NCBI RefSeq assembly: GCF_000012805.1
Contig: NC_007484.1
Location: forward strand, 1,590,001-1,622,000
Length of the DNA: 32,000 nt
Direction: 5' to 3'
Source of the DNA: Nitrosococcus oceani ATCC 19707
GTDB lineage: Bacteria; Pseudomonadota; Gammaproteobacteria; Nitrosococcales; Nitrosococcaceae
Part shown: positions 1 through 8,858 of the stretch, piece by piece
Layout of the letters: each line of letters begins with the position of its first letter
Numbering within the stretch: position 1 is the first letter of the stretch
The notes under the pieces: generated by a model
Seen by the model: only the letters and a program-made list of their open reading frames with translations
The model's database searches: none
Told to the model about the DNA's origin: nothing
Translations under genes and position numbers: made by a program

Positions 1-279
1 GGTGCCCGTATCCTCCCGTCTTTCAGGTGGGGGCTGAGCGCCTTTGGTTTCGAATTCCACCAACGGATCGTCCACCTGGATGAAATCGCCAGTTTCTCCA
101 TACAATTTGCCGATACGGCCTTGATGAGGACTGGGAATGTCCACAATGGCCTTGGCGGTTTCAACCGCCACTAAGGGCTGGTCCACTTGGATTTCATCGC
201 CGATTTTTACATGCCATTCGACAATTTCGGCCTCGGTTAATCCTTCTCCCAAATCGGGAAGCTTAAAGATACGGTTCAT
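1..279 (-). CDS. bkdB: 2-oxoacid dehydrogenase E2 (dihydrolipoamide acyltransferase), N-terminal lipoyl domain only; the gene continues beyond the left edge
   Basis: Not in the ORF track (no stop in the window). Reverse translation from ATG 279-277 gives MNRIFKLPDLGEGLTEAEIVEWHVKIGDEIQVDQPLVAVETAKAIVDIPSPHQG, a lipoyl domain with the lipoyl-lysine motif ETAKA. The ATGA start/stop overlap with the E1-beta stop (276-278) suggests translational coupling. Confidence 0.8.
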   Translation of the reverse strand, partial: MNRIFKLPDLGEGLTEAEIVEWHVKIGDEIQVDQPLVAVETAKAIVDIPSPHQGRIGKLYGETGDFIQVDDPLVEFETKGAQPPPERREDTGT

Positions 280-1256
280 GCGAACTCCAGGGTTTTTTTA
301 GCTGCTGCCACGATAGTGTCGGTATCGGGTAAGTACTGCTTCTCCAGCCGGAACAGGGGCATGATAGTGTCATAGCCGGTGACCCGCTGGACCGGCGCCA
401 GCAGATTAAGCAGGCCCTGTTCGGCTAGCTGGGCGGCGATTTCGGCGCCGACACCACAAGCCCGCGCCGCTTCGTGGACAATCACACAGCGGCCGGTTTT
501 GGTCACCGATTCTAAAATCGTCTCCATATCGAGGGGTTTTAGGGTGGCTACATCAATGACTTCAGCGCTGATCTCCTCCTGGGCCAGCTTTTCAGCGGCG
601 GCGAGGGTTTCATGTAGCATGGCTCCCCAGGCCACGAGAGTGACATCCGTGCCATCCCGTAGGACAAAACACACATCCAGGGGCAGGGCCTCTCCATCGT
701 CGGCCACCTCCTGCTTGACCAGCCGGTAAATCCGCTTAGGCTCCAAAAAAACCACCGGATCGGGATCGCGAATAGCGGCCAGAAGCAGGCCGTAGGCGCG
801 GGCTGGAGAGGAGGGGATGACCACCCGCAGCCCGGGAATATGGGCAAACAGGGCTTCCGTGCTCTCGGAGTGGTGTTCCGGGGCATGGATACCTCCGCCA
901 TAGGGGGCACGGAGGACCATGGGACAGGTCAAGCGGCCGCGGGTGCGGTTGCGGAGCCGGGAGGCATGGCTGATGAGCTGATCGATGACAGGATAGATAA
1001 ACCCCATGAATTGGATTTCGGCCACGGGTTTGAGCCCCTGGGTTGCAAGACCGATGGACATTCCCGCAATAAGACCTTCAGCCAAGGGCGTATCGAACAC
1101 CCGCTCTTCGCCAAAGCGGGCCTGAAGACCTGCCGTGGCGCGGAATACACCACCATTGATTCCCACATCTTCCCCAAGGACTAGGACGCGTTCATCGGTG
1201 TTCATTTCATGGGCCAAGGACAGGTTGACCGCCTCCACTAAGGTGATTTCAGGCAT
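276..1256 (-). CDS. bkdA2: 2-oxoacid dehydrogenase E1 component, beta subunit (transketolase-like)
   Basis: Tracked ORF 276..1331. The product is typical of E1-beta (EAVNLSLAHEM..., VLGEDVG..GGVF, FDTPLAE..I.G..IG). The likely true start is ATG 1256-1254 (MPEITLVEAV), 2 nt after the E1-alpha stop. The tracked 25-aa extension overlaps E1-alpha. Confidence 0.88.
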   Translation of the reverse strand: MPEITLVEAVNLSLAHEMNTDERVLVLGEDVGINGGVFRATAGLQARFGEERVFDTPLAEGLIAGMSIGLATQGLKPVAEIQFMGFIYPVIDQLISHASRLRNRTRGRLTCPMVLRAPYGGGIHAPEHHSESTEALFAHIPGLRVVIPSSPARAYGLLLAAIRDPDPVVFLEPKRIYRLVKQEVADDGEALPLDVCFVLRDGTDVTLVAWGAMLHETLAAAEKLAQEEISAEVIDVATLKPLDMETILESVTKTGRCVIVHEAARACGVGAEIAAQLAEQGLLNLLAPVQRVTGYDTIMPLFRLEKQYLPDTDTIVAAAKKTLEFA

Positions 1257-2325
1257 GGGATTTCCCCCTGGCGATAGCTGTCTGACGCTGCTCCCGCGGG
1301 GCAGAGGGTAAGCTCTCGTAGAGATCATCAAACATGCTTTCCGGGGGTTGAGGGGGGGTGTCCAAATATTTTTGGACAGCTTCCTCTACCTGCTGGGTCA
1401 GTTCCGTTTGGAGGCTTTGTTCCTGTTCCTCGTCCCAGGCGCCGGCTTGCGTGAGATAAGTCCGCAGCCGTTGAATGGGATCGAGGCGCCAGCGGGCCTC
1501 CACCTCTGCCTGTTCCCGGTAGCGGCTGGCATCATCGGCGGTGGTGTGATCACAAAGGCGGTAAGTCAGCGCTTCAATGAGGCAGGGTCCCTCGCCACGG
1601 CGGGCTTTTTCGATGGCGTTTTCCATGCGCGTCCGCAAGGCGATGACATCATTGCCATCCACCTGCTCGCCGGGAATACCAGCGGCAATGGCTTTTTGGG
1701 CCAGGGTCTGGGTCCGGGTTTGGGCCGCCAAGGGGACCGAGATGGCCCAACCATTATTGTTAATGACAAATACGACCGGCAGCCGCCAGAGGCCAGCGGC
1801 ATTCATGGCTTCGTAGAAATCTCCTTTCGAGGTAGCCCCATCCCCTAGTACGCATACCGCCACCCGCGGCTCGCGCCGTAGTTTCATGGCATAGGCGACT
1901 CCCACCGCATGGGGCACTTGGCTTGCCACCGGAACGGAAATCGGGAAATCATGGCGGCAGTCCTGGTAGGCCATGCCCCGTTCATCGCCGCCCCAATAAA
2001 GGAGAAGCTCGGTCATGGTGACGCCCCGCTGCAATTGGGCGCCGTATTCCCGATAGGTCGTTAGGAGCACATCATCGGCGCTCATAACATGGCCAATGGC
2101 CACGGAGATGGCCTCTTGTCCCAGTGAGGAAGCGTAGGTTCCGAGTTGCCCCGTCCGTTGTAATGAGACCGCTTTCTTGTCAAAGAGGCGGGTCAGGGTC
2201 ATGGTCCGATAGAGGGGGATCAGGTTCTGGGGGTCGTGGGCGAAAGAGGGAAGGACGCCGATAACTTCGGCGTTTTCATTAAGACATTGAGTGTAATGGA
2301 CTTCGAAATAGGCGACCTTACTCAA
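1249..2325 (-). CDS. bkdA1: 2-oxoacid dehydrogenase E1 component, alpha subunit (thiamine-diphosphate binding)
   Basis: 358-aa ORF with a TPP-binding region (VLGDGATSKGDFYEAMNAAGLWRLPVVFVINNNGWAIS). It starts at TTG 2325-2323, preceded by AAGGAG with 6-nt spacing. The BCKDH assignment, rather than PDH or acetoin dehydrogenase, rests on the upstream Leu-dehydrogenase-type gene. Confidence 0.85.
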   Translation of the reverse strand: MSKVAYFEVHYTQCLNENAEVIGVLPSFAHDPQNLIPLYRTMTLTRLFDKKAVSLQRTGQLGTYASSLGQEAISVAIGHVMSADDVLLTTYREYGAQLQRGVTMTELLLYWGGDERGMAYQDCRHDFPISVPVASQVPHAVGVAYAMKLRREPRVAVCVLGDGATSKGDFYEAMNAAGLWRLPVVFVINNNGWAISVPLAAQTRTQTLAQKAIAAGIPGEQVDGNDVIALRTRMENAIEKARRGEGPCLIEALTYRLCDHTTADDASRYREQAEVEARWRLDPIQRLRTYLTQAGAWDEEQEQSLQTELTQQVEEAVQKYLDTPPQPPESMFDDLYESLPSAPREQRQTAIARGKSHA

Positions 2326-2459
2326 GGTATTCTCCTTTTTCTGGGTTTGACGTGCAAGAAACCCCTCGATCGCTGTGATCTGTTCCCTGGCGTAAACTAA
2401 GCCAATTATTTAAATCATGGGTACACTCCGAGCCAAGCCGTATTTTTGACTTTTGTTAA

Positions 2460-3587
2460 TTAAGTATAGTGGGTTTTTTGGGGGATTGAATGGCTTCCAT
2501 AAAGAATTTCTTCCGCCATACGATCCGCAATCTCGTTGGTGGTTTGGCGGCTACTGTCTGCCCGTTGAAAAATCTCTATCAGGGTAGAGTAAATATTGTT
2601 TATCTTTGCCTTTAATTCGGATTCTTCTTCCGTTACGGCATGGATGGCGCCACCGGCATTAATGACATAATCGGGAGCGTACAGTATTCCTCGTTCCTGA
2701 AGAATTTTTCCATGTCGGGATTCGAGCAACTGATTGTTCGCTGAGCCGGCAATAATTGATGCTTGCAGCCGCGGTAGCGTTTTATCATGAATAATGCCGC
2801 CCAACGCGCAAGGGGCAAATACCTGGCAAGGTAAATCATAGATTGCTGCCGGCGGCACTATGTAGGCATTAAATTCATCGGCGCAACGTTGGGCCGCTTT
2901 TTCATTAACATCGCAAATGCTCAATTGTGCGCCCAGCTTATGAAGTTCTTTAGCCAAATGATAGCCCACGTGGCCCGCGCCTTGGATGGCCACATGGATA
3001 CCCTCCACATCGGAGCGCTTCAGTCGATGGGCCACAGCGGCTTGAATGCCAAGGCGAACGCCAAGGGCGGTATAGGGCGAGGGATCGCCGCTGCCTCCCC
3101 GTTGTCTTGAGGTGCAAAGTACGTGGAGAGTACGCCGCGCCACACAATCCATATCTGCCACCGAAGTACCGCTATCGACAGCGGTGATGTAGCGTCCCCC
3201 CAGGCTTTCCACAAACTCGCCAAAGACTTCGAAATAGGCCACGCGATCATTCATCAAGGGTGGCCGTATGAGGACTGCTTTCCCTCCCCCATAAGGGAGA
3301 CCGGCCAGGGCATTTTTATAGCTCATTCCCCGGGCTAGCCGCATTGCGTCTTCAGTGGCCGTTTTGGTAGTGGCATAGGGGATACAACGACAGCCCCCAA
3401 AAGCGGGTCCTAACCGGGTATTGTGAATGGCCACCACGGCTTGGAGACGGGTCGTGGAGTCGAGGCGAAAATGGACATCGCCAAAACCGAGCGTTGCGGC
3501 CTGTTGGAAAAAATCAAATTCATCCTCTGGGCTTGGATGACCGGATCGGGGAGTTTCAAGGAGATTAGATGTAGCCATAGGAGTCAT
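2460..3587 (-). CDS. ldh: Glu/Leu/Phe/Val dehydrogenase family enzyme, leucine (or phenylalanine) dehydrogenase type
   Basis: The 375-aa ORF aligns by eye with Bacillus leucine dehydrogenase (LGPAFGG.R...Y......ED..RLARGMSYKNA.AGLPYGGGKAV; GSANNQL; YAPDYVINAGG). The catalytic Lys lies in the GGGKAV motif. No terminator is visible in the 134-bp gap to E1-alpha. Confidence 0.85.
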   Translation of the reverse strand: MTPMATSNLLETPRSGHPSPEDEFDFFQQAATLGFGDVHFRLDSTTRLQAVVAIHNTRLGPAFGGCRCIPYATTKTATEDAMRLARGMSYKNALAGLPYGGGKAVLIRPPLMNDRVAYFEVFGEFVESLGGRYITAVDSGTSVADMDCVARRTLHVLCTSRQRGGSGDPSPYTALGVRLGIQAAVAHRLKRSDVEGIHVAIQGAGHVGYHLAKELHKLGAQLSICDVNEKAAQRCADEFNAYIVPPAAIYDLPCQVFAPCALGGIIHDKTLPRLQASIIAGSANNQLLESRHGKILQERGILYAPDYVINAGGAIHAVTEEESELKAKINNIYSTLIEIFQRADSSRQTTNEIADRMAEEILYGSHSIPQKTHYT

Positions 3588-3918
3588 ATTGCTTCTCGCT
3601 CATCTTGAATTTACCCAGCAGCAAATTGAATTTTTGCTAGTCTTTAAATATGCTCGTTACTAAAATTTTATTTGCTGATTCGGGTTATATCTAACCCTGT
3701 GGACATTTGGAGCTATTGAAAGTTTCTCTACCCTAGTTTTGCGTTATTCGAGTTAGGCGATCATCATGCCAAAGCAAAAAAAGGGTTAACTCAGAAGCGG
3801 GAATTCAAGTGGATTTTCAGGAAAGCGGATGCGCTTGCTGCGGAACTATTTCCCGCTTAAGCATGGTCTATAAATTATAGAGGTGTCTGTTTTAATTCAG
3901 CGCTTAGGTAAAATTGCC

Positions 3919-4974
3919 ATGTTCACATTGCCTGAGAACCCCATGGGTACCGACGGCTTTGAATTCATAGAATTCACGGCGCCGGATACTGCTGCCTTAG
4001 CCCATTTATTTGAGCAGATGGGTTTTGCGGTGCTGGCCAGGCATCGCCACAAAGAGGTCACTGTTTATCGGCAAGGAGACATTAATTTTATTATCAACCA
4101 TGAGCCTGACAGCTTTGCCCAGGCATTTTCCCGGGTCCACGGGCCGTCAGTGTGTGCCTTTGCCATCCGGGTTAAGGATGCCGCCGCCGCTTTTAAACGC
4201 GCGGTGGGATTAGGCGCTGAGCCATTTCATGTTCCGCTCGGTCCTATGGAACTGAATATCCCGGCAATTTTAGGCATTGGGCGGAGTATCATTTATTTTG
4301 TTGACCGCTATGGTGAACATTCTATCTATGACGTGGATTTCATGCCTGTTCCCGGCGAGTCAAGGCATCCCCAGGGGGTAGGACTCACCCATATTGATCA
4401 CCTGACTCATAATGTTCCCGAAGGCCGGATGGACCATTGGGCGCATTTCTACGAGCACCTATTTAACTTTAAGGAAATTCGCTATTTTGATATCCATGGC
4501 AAGGCCACGGGTCTTAAGTCCCGGGCGATGACCAGCCCCTGCGGTAAGATTCGCATTCCCATCAATGAGCCTTCGGACAGGCACTCTCAGATACAAGAGT
4601 ATTTAGAAGCCTATCATGGGGAAGGCATTCAGCATATTGCTTTAGCGACGGAGGATATTTATCAGACGGTGGAAACTCTCCGCCGCAATGGCGTTGAGTT
4701 CATGGGGGTACCCGATGCTTATTATGAAGGTGTGGAGGCACGCTTGCCTGAGCATGGTGAAGATTTAGCCAGGCTGTCTCAGAATCGTATTTTGATTGAT
4801 GGGGCGCCGCAACAAGGAGAGGGTTTATTATTGCAACTGTTTACCCAGGCTCTGATTGGCCCTATTTTTTTTGAAATTATTCAACGTAAAGGTAATCAGG
4901 GTTTTGGCGAAGGTAATTTTCAAGCCCTGTTTGAGGCTATCGAGCAGGATCAGATAACGCGAGGGGTGCTTTGA
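3919..4974 (+). CDS. hppD: 4-hydroxyphenylpyruvate dioxygenase
   Basis: The tracked ORF starts at GTG 3883. ATG 3919 gives MFTLPENPMGTDGFEFIEFTAP, matching the usual HppD N-terminus. The C-terminal motif is LLLQLFT......IFFEIIQRKG..GFGEGNF.ALFE.IE.DQ..RG. Confidence 0.92.
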   Translation: MFTLPENPMGTDGFEFIEFTAPDTAALAHLFEQMGFAVLARHRHKEVTVYRQGDINFIINHEPDSFAQAFSRVHGPSVCAFAIRVKDAAAAFKRAVGLGAEPFHVPLGPMELNIPAILGIGRSIIYFVDRYGEHSIYDVDFMPVPGESRHPQGVGLTHIDHLTHNVPEGRMDHWAHFYEHLFNFKEIRYFDIHGKATGLKSRAMTSPCGKIRIPINEPSDRHSQIQEYLEAYHGEGIQHIALATEDIYQTVETLRRNGVEFMGVPDAYYEGVEARLPEHGEDLARLSQNRILIDGAPQQGEGLLLQLFTQALIGPIFFEIIQRKGNQGFGEGNFQALFEAIEQDQITRGVL

Positions 4975-4975
4975 G

Positions 4976-6094
4976 ATGAGCCATTGGATCACTTTACCGC
5001 GGATGGAGGGGATCACATCCAGGCAGGCCCATGCTGATCTTCCGTCTGATAGCTATGAACGGGAGTTGGGCAAGGAGGGCTTCTATGGTCCCTCAACCCA
5101 AATGTATCACCGGCACCCGCCGACGGGTTGGGTGGAGGTAGAAGGCCCCTTGCGGCCGCGAGCTTTTGATACGACCCGGCTTAAATCCTATCAGGCCTCC
5201 CCCTGGGAGGCTTTTCCTCTCTTTAGCAATGAGCATTTGCAATGGCGTTTTTGGAGGACAAAGGGTTCCATGGACCATTTGGCGCGTAACGCCGATGGGG
5301 ATGAGCTGTTATTTATCCATGAAGGCGACGGGGACTTATATTGCGACTATGGTCATTTAGCGTTCCAGGAAGGGGATTATATACTTCTACCCCGGGGGAC
5401 TCTGTGGCGGGTAGAAACCGAGAAGCCCCTGGGTGTGCTCTTGCTGGAGGCAACGGGAGATAGTTATCGGCTTCCTGACAAAGGGATTGCGGGCAGTCAT
5501 GCCGTCTTTGACCCGGCGGTGCTGGATACCCCTACTATTAATGAACATTTCTTGGCTCAACAGACGGAAAGCGAATGGCGGGTTGTGGTCAAGCGGCGGG
5601 ATGTTTTGAGTACTATCATTTATCCGTTCAATCCTCTGGATGCGGTGGGTTGGCATGGAACTTTGCTTCCGGTGCGGCTTAATTGGCGGGACATCCGACC
5701 TATCATGAGTCATCGTTATCATATTCCGCCCTCGGTCCACACCACCTTTACCACCAGCCGGTTTGTGGTCTGTACTTTCTGTCCTCGCCCTATGGAAAGC
5801 GACCCCGGGGCTTTAAAGGTGCCTTTTTTCCATAACAATGATGATTATGATGAGGTTATTTTCTACCATAAGGGGGAGTTCTTCTCCCGGGATAATATCC
5901 ACCCGGGTATGATGACCTTGCATCCTAGCGGTATCACCCACGGCCCCCATCCCAAGGCTTTTGCAGCAGGAAAGAAGGCGCTCCATAAAGAAACCAATGA
6001 AGTTGCGGTTATGGTGGATGCCCGGGACGCTTTGGCGGTGGCGGAATTTCCCTCCGGGGTGGAGTGGGTTGGTTATGTGGATTCCTGGAAATGA
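4976..6094 (+). CDS. hmgA: Homogentisate 1,2-dioxygenase (short ~370-aa form)
   Basis: Starts 1 nt after the hppD stop. The cupin-type metal-site region is FHNNDDYDEVIFYHKGEFFSRDNIHPGMMTLHPSGITHGPHP. The genes on either side belong to the homogentisate pathway. Confidence 0.8.
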   Translation: MSHWITLPRMEGITSRQAHADLPSDSYERELGKEGFYGPSTQMYHRHPPTGWVEVEGPLRPRAFDTTRLKSYQASPWEAFPLFSNEHLQWRFWRTKGSMDHLARNADGDELLFIHEGDGDLYCDYGHLAFQEGDYILLPRGTLWRVETEKPLGVLLLEATGDSYRLPDKGIAGSHAVFDPAVLDTPTINEHFLAQQTESEWRVVVKRRDVLSTIIYPFNPLDAVGWHGTLLPVRLNWRDIRPIMSHRYHIPPSVHTTFTTSRFVVCTFCPRPMESDPGALKVPFFHNNDDYDEVIFYHKGEFFSRDNIHPGMMTLHPSGITHGPHPKAFAAGKKALHKETNEVAVMVDARDALAVAEFPSGVEWVGYVDSWK

Positions 6095-7065
6095 AACTTG
6101 CAACCTTGAATAATGGGACTCGGGATGGGAGTTTGATAGTCGTGAATCGGAATCTTCAGTGGGCCGCTCTGGTGCCCCATATCGCGACTACCCTCCAAGG
6201 GGTTCTGGATGAATGGGACAGCAAGGCTCCCCGACTCGAGGAAACCTACCGGTCTCTTAATAAGGGGGAAATCAAGGGTTTCTCCCTGCCACCGGCGCGA
6301 CTGGCTGCTCCTTTCCCGCGTGCTTACCAATGGTTGGATGGGAGCGCTTATTTAAGCCACGTGGAGCGGGTGCGCAAGGCTCGGGGCGCTGAGATGCCCC
6401 AGAGCTTTTGGACCGATCCCCTCATGTATCAAGGGGGATCGGATTATTTTCTGGGTCCACGGGAATCCATTCGGGTAATGGACGAAGCCTTTGGGGTGGA
6501 TTTTGAAGCCGAGGTGGTAGTCATTACCGATGATGTGCCTCTTGGGATTACACCTGCCCACGCCTCCTCCCATATCAAGCTGCTTACCCTGGTCAATGAT
6601 ATTTCCCTGCGCCACCTCATCCCCGCGGAGCTGGCGAAAGGATTTGGTTTTGTGCAGGGCAAGCCCGCCAGCGCTTTGGCGCCGGTGGTGGTGACCCCGG
6701 ATGAACTAGGAGAAGCTTGGGATGGGGCGAAAGTCCATCTGCCTTTGCGGACTTATTGGAATGGAAAGTTGTTCGGGGAGCCGGAGGCGGGTGAGGATAT
6801 GCAATTTGATTTTCCCCAATTGATTAGTCATGCGGCTAAAACCCGCTCTTTGAGTGCCGGCACTCTTATTGGATCGGGCACCGTATCCAATGTTGATTGG
6901 AGGCGAGGTTATTCCTGTATTGCTGAATGCAGGGTAATGGAAATCATTGCTAGGGGGAGCGCGGCAACCCCCTTTATGAGCTATGGGGATCGAGTCCGTA
7001 TTGAGATGGAGGATAGACACGGAAGATCCATTTTTGGGGCCATTGAGCAGGAAGTCTCCCGATAG
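6091..7065 (+). CDS. fahA: Fumarylacetoacetate hydrolase family protein (fumarylacetoacetase step)
   Basis: The tracked ORF starts at 6064, but ATG 6091 (MKLATLNNGTRDGSL) forms an ATGA overlap with the hmgA stop. The FAH-fold C-terminal half is GSGT.SN........CI.E.R..E. The gene sits between hmgA and maiA. Confidence 0.82.
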   Translation: MKLATLNNGTRDGSLIVVNRNLQWAALVPHIATTLQGVLDEWDSKAPRLEETYRSLNKGEIKGFSLPPARLAAPFPRAYQWLDGSAYLSHVERVRKARGAEMPQSFWTDPLMYQGGSDYFLGPRESIRVMDEAFGVDFEAEVVVITDDVPLGITPAHASSHIKLLTLVNDISLRHLIPAELAKGFGFVQGKPASALAPVVVTPDELGEAWDGAKVHLPLRTYWNGKLFGEPEAGEDMQFDFPQLISHAAKTRSLSAGTLIGSGTVSNVDWRRGYSCIAECRVMEIIARGSAATPFMSYGDRVRIEMEDRHGRSIFGAIEQEVSR

Positions 7066-7106
7066 TAACCCTTTATACTTATTTTCGTAGCTCGGCCGCC
7101 TATCGG

Positions 7107-7709
7107 GTGCGTATTGCCCTTAATCTCAAGGGGATTGGCTATCACTCCCGGTTCGTGCATCTTCTCCGCCGGGGAGGAGAACAGCGGCAGCCCGCTTATT
7201 TGAAGCTCAATCCCCAGGGGTTAGTGCCTGCCTTGGTGGATGGGGGGACGGTGATCACCCAGTCCCTTGCTATCATCGCTTACCTGGATGAGAGGTATCC
7301 TCAGCCTCCGTTATTGCCAACCGATGTTAAGGCCCGGGCGTATGTTCGTTCTCTAGCCCAGCTAGTGGCTTGCGATATCCATCCCCTCAATAATCTGCGG
7401 GTGCGACAATACCTGGCGACTTGTGGGAGGCACAGTGAGGCAGAATGGCAGGCTTGGTACCGGCATTGGATTCAGGAAGGGTTTAAAGCCTTAGAAGCGC
7501 AGTTAGCGGCTCATCCCGCTGCTGACCGGTACTGTTATGGCAATTATCCAACGGTGGCGGATATTTGCCTTGTCCCCCAAGTTTATAACGCCCACCGTTT
7601 TAATTGCCAGTTGGATGATTATCCGCTCCTTAGCAGCATTTATCGGCATTGCAGCGTTCTTAAAGCTTTTCAAGAGGCGGCCCCAGAATGCCAATTAGAT
7701 GCTAGCTGA
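7107..7709 (+). CDS. maiA: Maleylacetoacetate isomerase (zeta-class GST). Coordinates run from the first canonical start (GTG 7107), but conserved coding sequence extends upstream to about 7062-7071
   Basis: The zeta-GST signature runs through the product (RVRIALNLKG, LNPQGLVPAL..G....TQSLAIIAYLDE..P.PPLLP). The in-frame upstream codons 7071-7106 encode LYTYFRSSAAYR, the conserved beta-1 strand and catalytic Ser motif. There is no ATG, GTG or TTG between the in-frame TGA at 7044 and 7107. Confidence 0.85.
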   Translation: MRIALNLKGIGYHSRFVHLLRRGGEQRQPAYLKLNPQGLVPALVDGGTVITQSLAIIAYLDERYPQPPLLPTDVKARAYVRSLAQLVACDIHPLNNLRVRQYLATCGRHSEAEWQAWYRHWIQEGFKALEAQLAAHPAADRYCYGNYPTVADICLVPQVYNAHRFNCQLDDYPLLSSIYRHCSVLKAFQEAAPECQLDAS

Positions 7710-7837
7710 GGATTGGCTTCACTTTACTGGAATTTTGTTTGACTGGATAGGTCCAATAATTATTGGCTTTATTAAGCGCAGAGGAGAATCGCGGCGCTTT
7801 GCCTCCGTTGGCTAGGAGACTCTTGGGAGGTAAGACT

Positions 7838-8773
7838 ATGAATACATCTGTCCAGCAGTTACATAACTTTGCCGAAAAGCATCATCTTGTGGGCTTGAGC
7901 GCCCCTTCCCTGCAGGCGCTAATGGAAGGACGAACCGGCTACTCTACTTCCAAGGCGAGGCGGTTTTTATCCTTCCAAGACCGTATCAACAGGGAGTTAT
8001 TGAGTCATCGGATTATTCTCCATAATCGCTATACGGACTGGTTCAAGCGAGGCGAACAAAATCTGGAACAGATTAAAGCCTTTATTGTGCAATTCTCCGT
8101 ATTTTCAAACCAATTTCTAGTTGCACAATTATTCAAGACTATTAATGCCGATTCCTTGGAGAGTATGCGGGCCTCGAAAGAAATCCTCGCCAATGAAATT
8201 GGCGTAGTGTTCAATCCAGGAAGAGGGAAGGTTAAAAAAGTTTCGGATCTTGAGCGTGAGGGCGATCCCAAGCTCGTTTCTACCGAAGGAACCGTAGAGG
8301 GGGGAGTTTTCCGGTTTCAGGCGGCTCATTTTGAATGGTTATTGCAGATCGCGCATAAAATAGGGTTAGGCTTTAATGAGGTAGGAAAGCGAAGCCAAGG
8401 TACGCCAGCGACGTTATTTTTTTGTGATGAGCTCAATCGTCTATACGGTAGCGAAGATTATAGGATATCTCAGGCATCGAGTTATGCCGTAGAAAATTGG
8501 GCAGCAGCAGGATTTTGGGATGAACTTATCGAAGGGTTTTCGAAGTTCAACAGGCGCACCGGGATAGCTCTTCCATTGGCGTTCTTTACTTGGCATAGCC
8601 GGCTCGAAGCCCAGCATGCTCGCCACACCCAGGAAGAACTGGAAGAGGTTTATTTTTCTCGTGAAATTAAAGAAAATGAATTCATCTCTTATGGTAACGA
8701 AATGCTCGCTGGCGTAGCTGCATTTTGGGATGGTTTGGAAGATCAGCGTAAGGCGCTGGCAGCAGTTCATTGA
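7838..8773 (+). CDS. Heme-oxygenase-like fold protein (PqqC/CADD/TenA-like 'iron-containing redox enzyme' family), putative di-iron oxidase; function unknown
   Basis: The tracked ORF starts at TTG 7763. ATG 7838 (MNTSVQQLH) follows GGGAGG with 7-nt spacing. The family-like pattern is HNRYTDWFKRGEQNLEQIKAFIVQFSVFSNQF. Candidate metal ligands are ANEIG ... AAHFEW ... AVENW ... WHSRLEAQHARH. This was recognised by pattern only, without a search. Confidence 0.55.
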   Translation: MNTSVQQLHNFAEKHHLVGLSAPSLQALMEGRTGYSTSKARRFLSFQDRINRELLSHRIILHNRYTDWFKRGEQNLEQIKAFIVQFSVFSNQFLVAQLFKTINADSLESMRASKEILANEIGVVFNPGRGKVKKVSDLEREGDPKLVSTEGTVEGGVFRFQAAHFEWLLQIAHKIGLGFNEVGKRSQGTPATLFFCDELNRLYGSEDYRISQASSYAVENWAAAGFWDELIEGFSKFNRRTGIALPLAFFTWHSRLEAQHARHTQEELEEVYFSREIKENEFISYGNEMLAGVAAFWDGLEDQRKALAAVH

Positions 8774-8858
8774 TAAAAAGGGTAAATCTCGCGGAAAGGG
8801 GCGAATATAGAAAATGGTTATTTTTAGCTGTGAATAAAATTAATTCTAAATTCCCAGT

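Noticed and set aside
379-1848. Tracked ORFs 379-729(+), 548-910(-), 840-1184(+), 929-1177(-), 1348-1848(+), 1566-1802(-) and 1577-1816(+)
   Set aside because: All lie inside, or antisense to, the well-supported E1-alpha and E1-beta genes. Their Arg/Pro/Ala/Ser-rich, low-complexity translations are typical of shadow frames in GC-rich coding DNA.
2633-3608. Small tracked ORFs on both strands within the ldh gene
   Set aside because: They are nested in a gene with clear full-length family similarity, and none shows a motif or RBS.
5093-7020. Minus-strand and off-frame ORFs inside hmgA and fahA (for example 5387-5740, 5813-6103, 6706-7020)
   Set aside because: They are antisense shadows of confidently assigned genes.
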